Assembly: GCA_038231135.1 (NCBI GenBank)
Contig: JBBRLX010000006.1
Location: forward strand, 20,161 to 84,160
Reading direction: 5' to 3'
DNA from: Candidatus Eiseniibacteriota bacterium
GTDB lineage: Bacteria; Eisenbacteria; RBG-16-71-46
Length of the DNA stretch: 64,000 nucleotides
The notes below the pieces were generated by a model. That model saw only the letters and a program-made list of their open reading frames with translations, did no database searches and was not told the origin of the DNA. Made by a program: the position numbers and the translations under genes. Of this stretch, positions 52,159-62,013 are shown piece after piece; position 1 is the stretch's first letter; each line of letters opens with the position of its first letter.

Positions 52159-53172
52159 TCAGGCTCCGGGTTTGCGCCCGATCACGAGCGTCGCGGGATC
52201 GAAGTACTTCATTCGCTCGATCTCCACGAAGCCCGCCTCCGCGAGCCATTCCCCGTAGTTCGCGGCCGAACGCTCCACGTCGGGCGCTCTCAGCAGAACG
52301 TCCTGCATGCTGAACAGCAGCGGCATGAGGGGGCCGGTATCATCGTCATCGAGCATCCAGCCGCTCAGCACCACGGCACCGCCGGCGGGCAGGTACTCGA
52401 AGACACGTCGCAGCAGTGCGCGATGGGCCGCGGCGCTCGACATGGACAGGACGTTGGCCAGCAGGACGACGTCTGCGCCGACGGGAATCGTGCCCTCGAC
52501 GAAGTCACCCTCCGCCACATCGATGCGCTCCCCGAGTCCGCTCTCGCGCACGAATGTCCGTGCGGCAGGGGCGATCGCCGGCCGTTCGAGGATGGTGGCG
52601 CACAGCCCGGAATAACGCCGGCAGAGCGCGATCGACATCGCGCCGGTGCCACCGCCCAGGTCGAGCAGGCGTCGGTGCGCGGACAGGTCGAAGGCTTTGC
52701 CGAGCGCGTCTCCCGCGAGCAGCGACAGGCGGTGCTGGCCGCGCAACTCGTCGCCGACCGGGGCGAACTCGCGCGAGGTCGAATCGTGCGGTGCCCCCGG
52801 CCGCCACGCTCGCAGACGGTGTGCGAACGCGGCCCACGCCGGCGAGGCGGATTCACGCTCGTAGTGGCGGAACACGTCGCCGAGATCGTCGGGTGCGCCG
52901 TGCACGAGGAAGCGTTGCGCTTCGGGAGCGTTGCGAAAGCCGGCGTCATCCCGAATCAGCAGACCGAGAGCCACGCACGCATGAAGCAGGCGGTCGACGG
53001 CCAGCGGATCGGCCCCGAGACTCGCCGCGATCTCGGCCGCCGTGCGCGGGCCTTCGGCGAGGAGCGTGGGAATCTTCAACTCGACCATCGCGAACAGGAT
53101 CTTCGAGCGCTGGTAGCCCGCCGCGAGCTCCAGCAGCGCAGCAGGGGAGTAGGGTTCGTGCATGGGCCGCAT
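52159..53172 (-). CDS. Class I SAM-dependent O-methyltransferase (dimerisation domain + MTase)
   Basis: An N-terminal winged-helix dimerisation region and an LLDLGGGTGAMSIAL SAM-binding motif. Confidence 0.75.
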   Translation of the reverse strand: MRPMHEPYSPAALLELAAGYQRSKILFAMVELKIPTLLAEGPRTAAEIAASLGADPLAVDRLLHACVALGLLIRDDAGFRNAPEAQRFLVHGAPDDLGDVFRHYERESASPAWAAFAHRLRAWRPGAPHDSTSREFAPVGDELRGQHRLSLLAGDALGKAFDLSAHRRLLDLGGGTGAMSIALCRRYSGLCATILERPAIAPAARTFVRESGLGERIDVAEGDFVEGTIPVGADVVLLANVLSMSSAAAHRALLRRVFEYLPAGGAVVLSGWMLDDDDTGPLMPLLFSMQDVLLRAPDVERSAANYGEWLAEAGFVEIERMKYFDPATLVIGRKPGA

Positions 53173-53195
53173 TCTACCCGGACCTGCCCGCGCGC

Positions 53196-53999
53196 CTACC
53201 GCGTTCCGCCGGCCTCCAGGCGGAGGCGATGCGTCTCGGCCACCTCCCAGAACGTCTTCGGTTCGAGCGGCGGCGTCGCATGCCGGCGCTCGATCTCGGC
53301 CAGCGCGGCGAGACGCCGGGCGTCGAAGTTGGCGGACAGGTTCCCGCAGTCGGGCCAGATCCGCACCGTGATGACGACGCGAGGCAGGCGAGTGAAGGTC
53401 GTGGCTTTTGCGGCGCGCAGCAGCCAGTCCCAGTCGTCGGAGACATGCAGGCTCTCGTCGAACGGGCCGACGGTGTCGTAGAGCGAACGCCGGTGCATCA
53501 TGCCGCCGGGGACGATGAAGTCGTCGCGGCGCAGCTCATCGAGGTCGAACGGCACCGCCAGCGTTCGGGTGCCGGCCTGCCGCCAGCATTCGTCAGTGCT
53601 CCCTCCGTTCGAAGGGATGCGCTCCATCCGACGGACCTCGGCGTCTCCGTAAGCCAGCCCCGTGGCCGCATGAGCGTCGAGCACGCCGACAAACCCTTCC
53701 AGGTGATTCGGATGCCACAGGTCGTCGTCGTCGAGGTAGGTGAGCAACTCCCCACCGGCGAGCGCCACGCCGCGGTTCCGCGTGGCGGCAACGCCGGCGT
53801 TGACGGGGCAATGGTGATAGCGCACCGGGAAGTCCGAACCGAAAGCGAAGTCCTCGACCAGCGCCCGCGAATCGGCGCCATGATCGTTGACCACGATCAC
53901 CTCGAAGTCGCGGTAGGTCTGCGACGCGATCGAGCCGAGCGCTTCGAGCAGCAGCGCCTGGCGATCGAAGTGGCTGACGATGACGCTGACGCGTGGCAT
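53196..53999 (-). CDS. Glycosyltransferase family 2
   Basis: VSVIVSHFDRQALLLEALGSIASQTY...DDDDLWHPNHL, a GT-A fold with a DxD motif. Confidence 0.75.
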   Translation of the reverse strand: MPRVSVIVSHFDRQALLLEALGSIASQTYRDFEVIVVNDHGADSRALVEDFAFGSDFPVRYHHCPVNAGVAATRNRGVALAGGELLTYLDDDDLWHPNHLEGFVGVLDAHAATGLAYGDAEVRRMERIPSNGGSTDECWRQAGTRTLAVPFDLDELRRDDFIVPGGMMHRRSLYDTVGPFDESLHVSDDWDWLLRAAKATTFTRLPRVVITVRIWPDCGNLSANFDARRLAALAEIERRHATPPLEPKTFWEVAETHRLRLEAGGTR

Positions 54000-54116
54000 G
54001 GCGGCGGGCCCGTCGGAAGTGAAAGGGGATGGAGATGGTGATGGCGCTCGAGAACCGAGATGACACTTGCGGCATGAGCCGCAAACCGACCGGCTAGGCT
54101 ACAGTATCCGTCTGTG

Positions 54117-54202
54117 CGGAGGGATGGCCGAGTGGTTTAAGGCGCCGGTCTTGAAAACCGGAGGACGAAAGTCCCGTGGGTTCGAATCCTACTCCCTCCG
54201 CC
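54117..54202 (+). tRNA. tRNA-Ser (anticodon UGA), type II with long variable arm
   Basis: Acceptor GGAGGGA/TCCCTCC. D-loop GCCGAGTGGTTtAAGGC. Anticodon loop CT-TGA-AA. T-loop GGTTCGAATCC. G discriminator plus an encoded CCA. Confidence 0.85.
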
Positions 54203-54596
54203 ACTCTCTCTCGGCGATTCGTGGGGCGCCCCAGGACCAAAGGCGAAGCCTGATCCCTCAACCCCTCGAGGAACCAGGCTCGCCTCCCCACCGTGGATCC
54301 GTGTCGCCTCCAACGAGCGGCTCTAAGTGGCGAGCGTCCTGAAGGGCGATCACAAGATCGGCAGGATATCTGTTGCTCTGGCTGGTGATGTCGTTTGCCC
54401 GATCACCGGCGAGCACAGTTAGATGCACGCGTGGGCAGTCGATTCATGGATTTCTTCGGGTCCTTCCGGCTTGGATCGGCGCGCGCAGCGTTCCTGGGTG
54501 ACGCGGGTTCGGACGCGCGGAAATGCCCGTTTGGACGCGCGCGGCCGATCGGCTAAAGTGCTCCGTCGCAAGGCAGATGAGACTGCGGTTCGGTGC

Positions 54597-54641
54597 CCGC
54601 TCCAAGGTCCGTTTCACCGGGTTCGAATCCACTCCCTCCGC
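54597..54641 (+). other. Degenerate direct repeat of the 3' approx. 45 nt of tRNA-Ser(UGA) (tRNA fragment / putative att-site remnant)
   Basis: ...caccgggttcgaatccactccctccgcc against the 3' end of the tRNA, ...cccgtgggttcgaatcctactccctccgcca. There is no 5' half, D-arm or anticodon arm, so it is not a functional tRNA. Confidence 0.5.
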
Positions 54642-54653
54642 CGCACAGATTTT

Positions 54654-54745
54654 GGAGAGGTGGCCGAGTGGCTGAAGGCATCCGCCTGCTAAGCGGTTGA
54701 TCGGGTAAAACTGATCCGGAGGTTCGAATCCTCTCCTCTCCGCCA
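54654..54745 (+). tRNA. tRNA-Ser (anticodon GCU), type II
   Basis: Acceptor GGAGAGG/CCTCTCC. Anticodon stem CCGCC. Loop CT-GCT-AA. Long variable arm. T-loop GGTTCGAATCC. GCCA end. Confidence 0.85.
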
Positions 54746-54797
54746 GACCCGTCGAACCTGCTCGGCCGCCCCCAGGCCCGCAGCCCCGTTTCAAGGC

Positions 54798-54874
54798 GCG
54801 CCCTTAGCTCAATTGGATAGAGCATCTGACTACGGATCAGAAGGTTGGGGGTTCAAATCCTCCAGGGCGCACCA
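54798..54874 (+). tRNA. tRNA-Arg (anticodon ACG)
   Basis: GCGCCCTTAGCTCAATTGGATAGAGCATCTGACTACGGATCAGAAGGTtGGGGGTTCAAATCCTCCAGGGCGCACCA. A 7-bp acceptor. Anticodon loop CT-ACG-GA. Confidence 0.85.
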
Positions 54875-55068
54875 CCTTGCGGGATGGGCTTGGGCCGCGT
54901 GCCCGTTTTCTTGCCCACTCACGTCCCTGAATCGCGGTCCGCTAGCTTCTCGACCGCGGCGCTGAGATCGGCCTCGGACACGATGCCTCGCAGTCACAGG
55001 CGCGACCACTGACAACGCAGGGCTCCGTTCCCGAAGTGGCAACGCTATCGGGGTGGCGTGGCGGAAGG

Positions 55069-55244
55069 GTGTTCATCACCCACGGCCGGAACACGGAGAT
55101 CGTCCATCAACTCAAGGACATGCTCACCTATGCGGGGTTCACACCCGTCGTCGCGATGGAGAACGAGACCGCTATCGGGGCGACAAGCTCGACTACGACT
55201 CAACGGTGAAGCTGTTGAAGGCGTGCAATGACTTTCGGTCATAA
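55069..55244 (+). pseudogene. Truncated/frameshifted TIR-like gene fragment
   Basis: GTG-VFITHGRNTEIVHQLKDMLTYAGFTPVVAMENETAIG..., with a +1 continuation DKLDYDSTVKLLKACNDFRS, resembles only the N-terminal approx. 60 aa of TIR/DUF1863 domains. Lower local GC. Confidence 0.3.
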
Positions 55245-55687
55245 CCTTCAGGGATGAGCTACTTGTGACTGAGGGCCGTCGAGTTGAGCGGACTTCCAAC
55301 ACCCGCGCAGAGTTGCCAGCAGCCACGAGGAAGAGCAGCGAGTCCAGACCGCAGCCTGCTCATCCCACAACATCATTCTCCAAGACGGGCGGCCGGCCGG
55401 CAAGTCGCTCGGCCAGTCGGGGGCCCCAGCCCGGGCGTGGACCGGATCCGCCACCAACGTAGGATGCGGGAAGTCGTGAGCGGAAGCATGCCGGCAACGC
55501 CGCCTGCACCGCGCGAGCCGAGTGGTATGCTCCGCCACCGTGGCCTTCGATGATAATCTCCCGCACCCCTCCGGGAACTGGTCGCCGGCGAGGACCCGCC
55601 CGTTGCGCATCCGCCGCTGACGGGCGCACGCACTGTAGTCCGGATTCGGTGTCTTGCCGTTCAGGTCCAACTTACGGAGGGGACGTC

Positions 55688-56218
55688 ATGGTTGCTAGGC
55701 CGTTTTCGCACGTGCGTGTCTGGCTGTTGGGACTTGCCCTGGCGTCGTTGGCTCTGGCGGGGTGTGGAAAGGGCAAATCGAACCCCGCTGCGCCGCAGAT
55801 GAATCTCAGCGCCGCGTTCAACGGCACGTGGATCGGCTCGTTGACAGGTCCGGACTCCACCCAGCAGTCGGGCTGGTCGCCACGGGATCGCGACTCCCTG
55901 TGGATCGTGTTCAGCGACACATCGATGACGTACTACATGGCTCCCGCTCAGGGCGCCGATTCATCGCTCTCGCCTCCCCCCGATACCTGCTTCATCAGCT
56001 ACCCGGTGGCACTGAACTCGCTCGCGGACCCGGATGTGTCGTTCCGCGTCAACCTGTTCACCCGGCTGCATCTCTCGCCGGCCGTGCCATTCGACGGCGT
56101 GCGCAACGGCACCACGCTCACGGGTACCATGGCGATCCCCGGAGACTCGCTCGGCGGCCACTGGTCGGCGGTGTTTTGTTCGACCTGCCCGGACACGGCG
56201 AAGGCGTGCGGCCCCTGA
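55688..56218 (+). CDS. Hypothetical lipoprotein
   Basis: RBS ggagggg. Signal peptide plus lipobox LALAGC. Confidence 0.5.
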   Translation: MVARPFSHVRVWLLGLALASLALAGCGKGKSNPAAPQMNLSAAFNGTWIGSLTGPDSTQQSGWSPRDRDSLWIVFSDTSMTYYMAPAQGADSSLSPPPDTCFISYPVALNSLADPDVSFRVNLFTRLHLSPAVPFDGVRNGTTLTGTMAIPGDSLGGHWSAVFCSTCPDTAKACGP

Positions 56219-56416
56219 ATTTCAGGGGCACGACTCCCGGAGCCCCCGCCGCACGCACCATCCCGGCGACCCACAATATCCGCCCGGTTCATTCGTCTAC
56301 AACGCCGGTCGCGAACCAGGACGACGAGCTGCTGCACCTGGAGGATCTGTTGCCGTCACCCGATGCAGGGCTTGAGGCGCTCTACGCCCGCGGCCGCAAC
56401 CACCGCGAGGCTTGAA

Positions 56417-56824
56417 ATGCCACGCATCATTGGAATCATGTCGTTTCTTCTCGTCGTAGCTGTAACGTCGGGCGCCTGCCACAAATACTCAACTGCTCCC
56501 CGCAACCACTATCCGACGATGTCATCCCTGACCGTTGCGCCTCCCGAGATTGGACCTGCTGATTCCGCCGTTGTGACCTGCATCGCAAGTGATCCCGACG
56601 GCGATACCCTGGTTTACGATTGGGACACGGACCTTCGCCTTCGCATCAAGGGCAATGATCCAGGCGATCCGACCAAATCCAATACCTTCAACAACTCAGA
56701 GACCTTTTACCCGGACGCCAATTATCATCCAACCCGCCTGGACTCCGTCGCAATCGTCGTCACAGCTCGTGATGGTCGTGGCGGCGCGGTCGCACGCCCA
56801 ATCTATCTCCTCGTTCACCCGTAG
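56417..56824 (+). CDS. Hypothetical lipoprotein with PKD/cadherin-like motif (DPDGDTLVYDWD)
   Basis: Lipobox VTSGAC. Low-GC (about 55%) coding sequence, in contrast to the surrounding genome. Confidence 0.5.
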   Translation: MPRIIGIMSFLLVVAVTSGACHKYSTAPRNHYPTMSSLTVAPPEIGPADSAVVTCIASDPDGDTLVYDWDTDLRLRIKGNDPGDPTKSNTFNNSETFYPDANYHPTRLDSVAIVVTARDGRGGAVARPIYLLVHP

Positions 56825-57127
56825 TATCTCACCTTTCGGACACTGTCGGAGGCTGTGACTCGTACATCGTGGCCTACGACTGGGAGCGTGACCTGCCGAT
56901 CGCGAAGCTGCATCAGGAGGAAGCCGACGCTTTCCACATCCTGCGCGTTCGCCCATCGAGGTCATCAATGACGTGTTCCTCGCGCCGGAGGGTACTTCGT
57001 GACGCACTGGTCTGTATGACGCACCCTGCCCGCGAATCCGATCACGCGATCTCCTGCGTCCGCCGATGACGTGAGTTGAGACCGGGACCGCGGAGCTCGA
57101 CGAGCCCCGCGGTGGAAGACGTAGGCC

Positions 57128-60100
57128 ATGCCGGGATCGCCTTCAACCCTCCGGAATCCCATGTCGGCCACGGCATCACCCACAGCGCTCCGACGTTCGA
57201 TCGAGCTGCTCGCCACGGCTGCGGCCTACTACGTCGTGGGCCGGCTGTCGCTGCTGCTTGCCATTCCGCCGGGCTATGCCACCGCCGTGTGGCCCGCCGC
57301 GGGCCTCGCGCTCGCCGCCGTGCTGCTGCTCGGCTTCCGCGTGTGGCCCGCCGTTCTGCTGGGTTCGTTCCTGGTCAACGTTCCCACGTCGTTCGCCGCA
57401 GCGTCGTTCGCCGCGATGTTCCGGTCGCTGCCGGTCCCGCTCGCCATATCGGCTGGCGCCACGCTGCAGGCGTTGCTGGGGGCGGCTCTGATCCGACGCT
57501 TCATAGGGACTTCCGATCCCCTTGCACACCGCCCGATCCGATTCCTGCTGTTCGGCGGTCCCATCGCCAGCGTCGTAAGCGCCTCGATCGGCGTGAGCAC
57601 GCTGTTCGCGGCCGGCCTGCTGACCCGGGATTCCCTGTTGTTCAGCTGGACGACGTGGTGGGTCGGAGACTGCATCGGAACGGTCCTGTTCGCGCCGCTC
57701 GTGTTCCAGTTGCAATGGGATTCGCGGCGCGCGTGGATCCGCCGGCAGTTGTGGGTGTCGCTGCCGCTGCTACTCACGTCGGCGATCGTCGTGCTGCTGT
57801 TCTTTCAGACGAGCTCATGGGAGCAGCGGCGTATCCAGCAGGAGTTCCAGCGGCGCACCGGCAATGTCGCGATCGCGTTCCGGAGCCGCCTCGACCGCTA
57901 TCTGGACGTGATGCATTCGATCGAAAGCCTCTACGCCGCCTCGGCGAGCGTGTCCCAGGCGCAATTCCATGCGTTCGTGAGTCCGATTTTCGGCCGAACC
58001 CCCGGAATCGTGGTGCTGGGGTGGGACGTCTGGGTTCCAGATGTGGAGCGATCCAGGTTCGAGAGCGAAGTGCGCGCCACCGGGTTGCCGGGTTTCGCGA
58101 TCCGCGAACTCGACGCCCATGGCGCGCTGATCCCGGCGCGCCGGCGTGGCGACTACGTCGTAGCGCGCTACATCGAGCCCCGGGGCAACGAATCGGCCCT
58201 GGGGTACGACGTCGCCAGCGAACGGGCCCGATTCAGGTCGCTCTCCGCCGCGCGCGATCGAGGTCGTACGGTTGCCAGCCCGCTGCTGCGGCTGGTGCAG
58301 CAGACCGACCGGCGTTACGGCCTGCTCGTATTCCAACCGATCTATCGTGGCGGCCTCGCGCCCGCGACGCCGGCAGAGCGCCGGGCGCGGTTGCGTGGAT
58401 TCATCGTGGGAGCGTTCCTCGTTGGCGATATCGTTACCGCGGCCCTGCACGACGTGGATCACTCCGGCATCGACGTGTCGCTGGACGACGTGTCCGACGC
58501 GAACACCACCCGCCTGTTCCCTTCCGACGCCGAGAGCGCGATCGCACCGCTCGGGGCGACGGCGCGGCCGCTGTCCGTGACCAGCACGCTGATCGTGGCG
58601 GGCCGGCGCTGGAGTCTCACCCAATCGCAGACCTATGGCGCCGCCGACGAGGACCGCTCGTGGCAGCCGTGGCTGGTGCTCGCCTGCGGTCTCCTGTTCA
58701 CGAGCCTGCTGGGGGCGCTGCTGATCATGTCGAGCACGCGCGCCATGCGCACGGAGGCGCTGATCGCATTGCGGACCATCGAACTCGAGCGCGAGGTCGC
58801 GGAGCGGAGGCGCGCGGAGGCGGCGGTGCGGGAAGCCAACGGGGTGCTGAACGCGGTGCTGGATGGCACCACCGACCTGGTGTTCGTCAAGGATCTCGAC
58901 GGTCGCTACGAACTCGCGAACCGCGCCCTGTGCGAATTGCTGCAGCGGCCGAAGCAGGAGGTGCTGGGGCGCATGTCGACGGAGCTGCTCGGCGCCGAGG
59001 TGGGTGACGCCATGGCCGCGGAGGACTCGGAAGTCCTGGAATCGGACAAGACCCGTACGTTCGAGAGCTCCATGGACCTGCCGGGCGGTCGGCGTTACTA
59101 CCTGACGACCAAGGGCGTGCTCAGGGACGCCTACGGCAAGCCACGCGCGGTGTTCGGAATTGCGCACGACATCACCGGTCGGCGTCTGGCCGAAGACCAG
59201 CGCGCCCGCCAGAACGCGGAGCAGCTCGAGGTCAAGGACCAGTTCTTCTCGCACGTCTCGCACGAGCTCGGGTCACCGATCGCGACGGTGTACCAGTTCG
59301 TCACCATCCTGCAGGACGGCCTCGCGGGCGAACTCAACGCGGAACAGCACGACTACCTGCAGATCGTGCGTCGCAACACCATGCAGCTCAAGACCATGAT
59401 CGGCGACCTGCTCGAGGTGACCCGCGCGCAGACCGGCAAGCTGTCGGTGCGCCCGCAATGCCTGCAGCTCGGCCCGATTCTCGAGGAAACGGTCACCACG
59501 TATCGCGGGACCGCCGGTCTGCGTGAGATCGGCCTGTCGGCGGACTTCGAACCGGAGTTGCCCGAAGTGCTCGCGGATCCGGCGCGGGTGCGCCAGATCC
59601 TGACCAACCTGCTGGACAACGCTCTCAAGTTCACGCCCGCAGGCGGGAGCATTCGCGTGCAGGCCCGCAGCGTGTCCGAGGCGTTCGTCGAACTGTCGGT
59701 GTTCGATGACGGCTGCGGCATCCCCGCGGCCGATCAGTCCCGGATCTTCGAACACCTGTTCCAGTCCGCGAACTCCGTGAAGCAGAGCCGGCATGGCCTG
59801 GGGCTCGGACTGTACATCTGCCGCGATCTGGTGAATCGGCAGGGCGGGGAGATCTCGGTCGAGAGCGAGGTCGGGGCCGGCGCGACCTTCAGGGTCACGT
59901 TCCCCACGGTGTCCTTGCGCCGGACGCTGGAAGCGATGCTCGGACCGGACACCGCCGTCGGACCGCTGTCGCTGATCACGGTGGAGTTCGAAGGTGTGGG
60001 GTCCGATGTACGTGCCGAGGCGATCGAAGCGGCCCGCGAGGCGATGGAACGCAGCATCGTGCCGAGCATCGACGTGTTGCTACCATGGCGCCGAACCGGT

Positions 60101-60340
60101 GCAGGCTCCGAGACTTCCCATGTCATCGCGCGCTGCGATGTCGCCGGGTCGCTGGTGATGGCGCGGCGCCTCGAGTCGCAACTGGCGCGCTGTTCGACGT
60201 TGGCGCAGGATCAAGTGTCGTGGCGTATCACTCAGGAGACTCTGTCGTTCACGGATGTTCGAGCGACGGTGGACCTCGCCACGCTGACCGAGACCCTGGA
60301 GTCGCGGCTGCGTGGGGATTCGAACCGGAAGGCGGCCTGA
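57128..60340 (+). CDS. Hybrid-architecture sensor histidine kinase: MASE1 membrane domain - CHASE-like periplasmic domain - PAS - HisKA - HATPase_c - approx. 150-aa unknown C-terminal extension
   Basis: MASE1-type TM block (YYVVGRLSLLLAIPPGYATAVWPAAGLALAAVLLLGF). PAS (LNAVLDGTTDLVFVKDLDGRY). H-box FSHVSHELGSPIA. G-boxes DDGCGIP and GLGLGLYI. Confidence 0.85.
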   Translation: MPGSPSTLRNPMSATASPTALRRSIELLATAAAYYVVGRLSLLLAIPPGYATAVWPAAGLALAAVLLLGFRVWPAVLLGSFLVNVPTSFAAASFAAMFRSLPVPLAISAGATLQALLGAALIRRFIGTSDPLAHRPIRFLLFGGPIASVVSASIGVSTLFAAGLLTRDSLLFSWTTWWVGDCIGTVLFAPLVFQLQWDSRRAWIRRQLWVSLPLLLTSAIVVLLFFQTSSWEQRRIQQEFQRRTGNVAIAFRSRLDRYLDVMHSIESLYAASASVSQAQFHAFVSPIFGRTPGIVVLGWDVWVPDVERSRFESEVRATGLPGFAIRELDAHGALIPARRRGDYVVARYIEPRGNESALGYDVASERARFRSLSAARDRGRTVASPLLRLVQQTDRRYGLLVFQPIYRGGLAPATPAERRARLRGFIVGAFLVGDIVTAALHDVDHSGIDVSLDDVSDANTTRLFPSDAESAIAPLGATARPLSVTSTLIVAGRRWSLTQSQTYGAADEDRSWQPWLVLACGLLFTSLLGALLIMSSTRAMRTEALIALRTIELEREVAERRRAEAAVREANGVLNAVLDGTTDLVFVKDLDGRYELANRALCELLQRPKQEVLGRMSTELLGAEVGDAMAAEDSEVLESDKTRTFESSMDLPGGRRYYLTTKGVLRDAYGKPRAVFGIAHDITGRRLAEDQRARQNAEQLEVKDQFFSHVSHELGSPIATVYQFVTILQDGLAGELNAEQHDYLQIVRRNTMQLKTMIGDLLEVTRAQTGKLSVRPQCLQLGPILEETVTTYRGTAGLREIGLSADFEPELPEVLADPARVRQILTNLLDNALKFTPAGGSIRVQARSVSEAFVELSVFDDGCGIPAADQSRIFEHLFQSANSVKQSRHGLGLGLYICRDLVNRQGGEISVESEVGAGATFRVTFPTVSLRRTLEAMLGPDTAVGPLSLITVEFEGVGSDVRAEAIEAAREAMERSIVPSIDVLLPWRRTGAGSETSHVIARCDVAGSLVMARRLESQLARCSTLAQDQVSWRITQETLSFTDVRATVDLATLTETLESRLRGDSNRKAA

Positions 60341-60341
60341 C

Positions 60342-60722
60342 ATGGCGGGAAAGAAGCTGCTGATCATCGACGACGACGCGGACTTGCTTAGAGCGCTCAG
60401 CGTGCGCTTGAGAGCCAGCGGGTATCAGGTGTCGCAGGCCGGAGACGGCACTCAGGCCATCAGCGCCGCCCGGCGGGATGTCCCGGATCTGATCCTGCTC
60501 GACATCGGACTGCCGGGAGGTGATGGCTACGTCGTTCTGGAGCGCCTGCGCGGGCTGAACACGCTGTCGTCGATCCCGGTGATCGTGCTGAGCGCCAAGG
60601 ACCCCGCGGTCCATCGCCCGAGGGTGCTCAAGGCGGGCGCGATTTCCTTCCACGAGAAGACGGAAGACAGTGCCGTGCTGCTGGCGGACATCCGGCGCCT
60701 GCTGGGCGAGGATGCCGCGTAG
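60342..60722 (+). CDS. Single-domain CheY-like response regulator
   Basis: KLLIIDDDADLLRAL...LILLDIGLPGGDG...VIVLSAK. Its start abuts the kinase stop. Confidence 0.8.
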   Translation: MAGKKLLIIDDDADLLRALSVRLRASGYQVSQAGDGTQAISAARRDVPDLILLDIGLPGGDGYVVLERLRGLNTLSSIPVIVLSAKDPAVHRPRVLKAGAISFHEKTEDSAVLLADIRRLLGEDAA

Positions 60723-60758
60723 TCTTCCCGGGTTCGAGTCCCGGCCAAAACGTGTACA

Positions 60759-61499
60759 TTGAGCGCCATGCGCCGCGTACTTCGACGGATCCTGGCTCCC
60801 CTGGCGATGCTCGCCCTCGCGACCGTCACCGCGCTCGCCGCGAGCCGTGCGGGGAAGGCGCTCGATGCGATCGCGGTGAGTCCCGAGTTCGCCCACCGTC
60901 CGGTCGATCGCATCGCGATGCTGCCGATCGCCACGTACGACAACAGCCTCGAGGCGGAGAAGACGATCGAGCAGGCGTTCGGTCAGGCGTTCAAGAATTC
61001 GGGCTATCGCTGGCTCTCGGCCAGCGGTGTCCGTGACCTGCTGCGCTCGCGCGCCAGTGGCGGCGACTCGCTGGTGAACGCATTCCGCGGCCGGTTCCTC
61101 ACGAGCGGCCGCGTCGATTCCACCGACGCCGTGCTGCTGTGTTCGTGGTTCCGGACGGGTGCCGTGATCGGCGTGCGCGTCGACCAGTGGGACCGGCAGG
61201 AAGTGGAGCCGAACCAGACCGGCAGGCCGTACACGCAGATCGCGGCGAAGGCGACGCTGGTCGACGCCGCCGGCCGGGTGCTGTGGTCCATTTCGGGCAG
61301 CCAGCGCGGCGAGGGCACGTACAACGATCCGAATGCCACGGTCGCCGGCGTCACGTCGGGCGGGCTCGACTTCAAGCCGATCACCGCGCAGGCGGGTGCG
61401 CCGTCGTTCGCCGAGGTCGCGCTCGCGCTGTTCACGCGCTGGGCGCTCGAGCTGCCGGCGCGGGCGGCGCCGGATTCCGCCGCGGCGCCGCCGCGGTAA
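60759..61499 (+). CDS. Hypothetical secreted protein
   Basis: Signal peptide RRILAPLAMLALATVTALAAS. No family recognised. Confidence 0.45.
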   Translation: MSAMRRVLRRILAPLAMLALATVTALAASRAGKALDAIAVSPEFAHRPVDRIAMLPIATYDNSLEAEKTIEQAFGQAFKNSGYRWLSASGVRDLLRSRASGGDSLVNAFRGRFLTSGRVDSTDAVLLCSWFRTGAVIGVRVDQWDRQEVEPNQTGRPYTQIAAKATLVDAAGRVLWSISGSQRGEGTYNDPNATVAGVTSGGLDFKPITAQAGAPSFAEVALALFTRWALELPARAAPDSAAAPPR

Positions 61500-61521
61500 C
61501 GAGGTGCGTTCCGGCCCCGGC

Positions 61522-62013
61522 ATGCTGATTCGCGACGACGAAGCCGGCATGCGCGCTGCGCTGGGCCAGGCGGAGCTGTCGGCCGAACGCGACGAAGTGC
61601 CGGTGGGCTGCGTGATCGTTCACGACGGCATCATCGTCGGCCGCGGGCACAACCTCACCGAGAGCCTGCAGGACGCCACGGCGCACGCGGAGATCGTCGC
61701 GATCGGCGCGGCGTCGAGCACGCTGGGCTCGTGGCGCCTCACGGACTGCTCGCTGTACGTGACGCTCGAGCCGTGCGCGATGTGCGCGGGCGCCATGATC
61801 CTCGCGCGCATCGGACGCCTGGTGTACGGCGCGACCGATCCCAAGGCGGGCGCGTGCGGATCGGTGCTCGACGTGATCCACGAGCCGCGGCTCAATCATC
61901 GCGTGCGGGTCACCGCGGGCACGCTGGAGTTCGACTGCGGCGAGATCCTGCGCGAGTTCTTCCGCCGCAAGCGTGGCGGCGCCACGCCGCGCATGGACCC
62001 CGGGCAGGGCTGA
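61522..62013 (+). CDS. tadA: tRNA adenosine(34) deaminase
   Basis: CDA zinc motifs HAEIVAI and PCAMCAGA. Typical size. Confidence 0.85.
   Translation: MLIRDDEAGMRAALGQAELSAERDEVPVGCVIVHDGIIVGRGHNLTESLQDATAHAEIVAIGAASSTLGSWRLTDCSLYVTLEPCAMCAGAMILARIGRLVYGATDPKAGACGSVLDVIHEPRLNHRVRVTAGTLEFDCGEILREFFRRKRGGATPRMDPGQG

Noticed and set aside
54556-54645. Possible fourth tRNA (I considered tRNA-Sec, given the TGA finding)
   Set aside because: Only the T-arm and 3' acceptor half are recognisable. There is no complementary 5' acceptor strand, no D-arm, and no anticodon stem with UCA. I interpret it as a duplicated tRNA-Ser 3' fragment. A covariance-model scan should confirm this.
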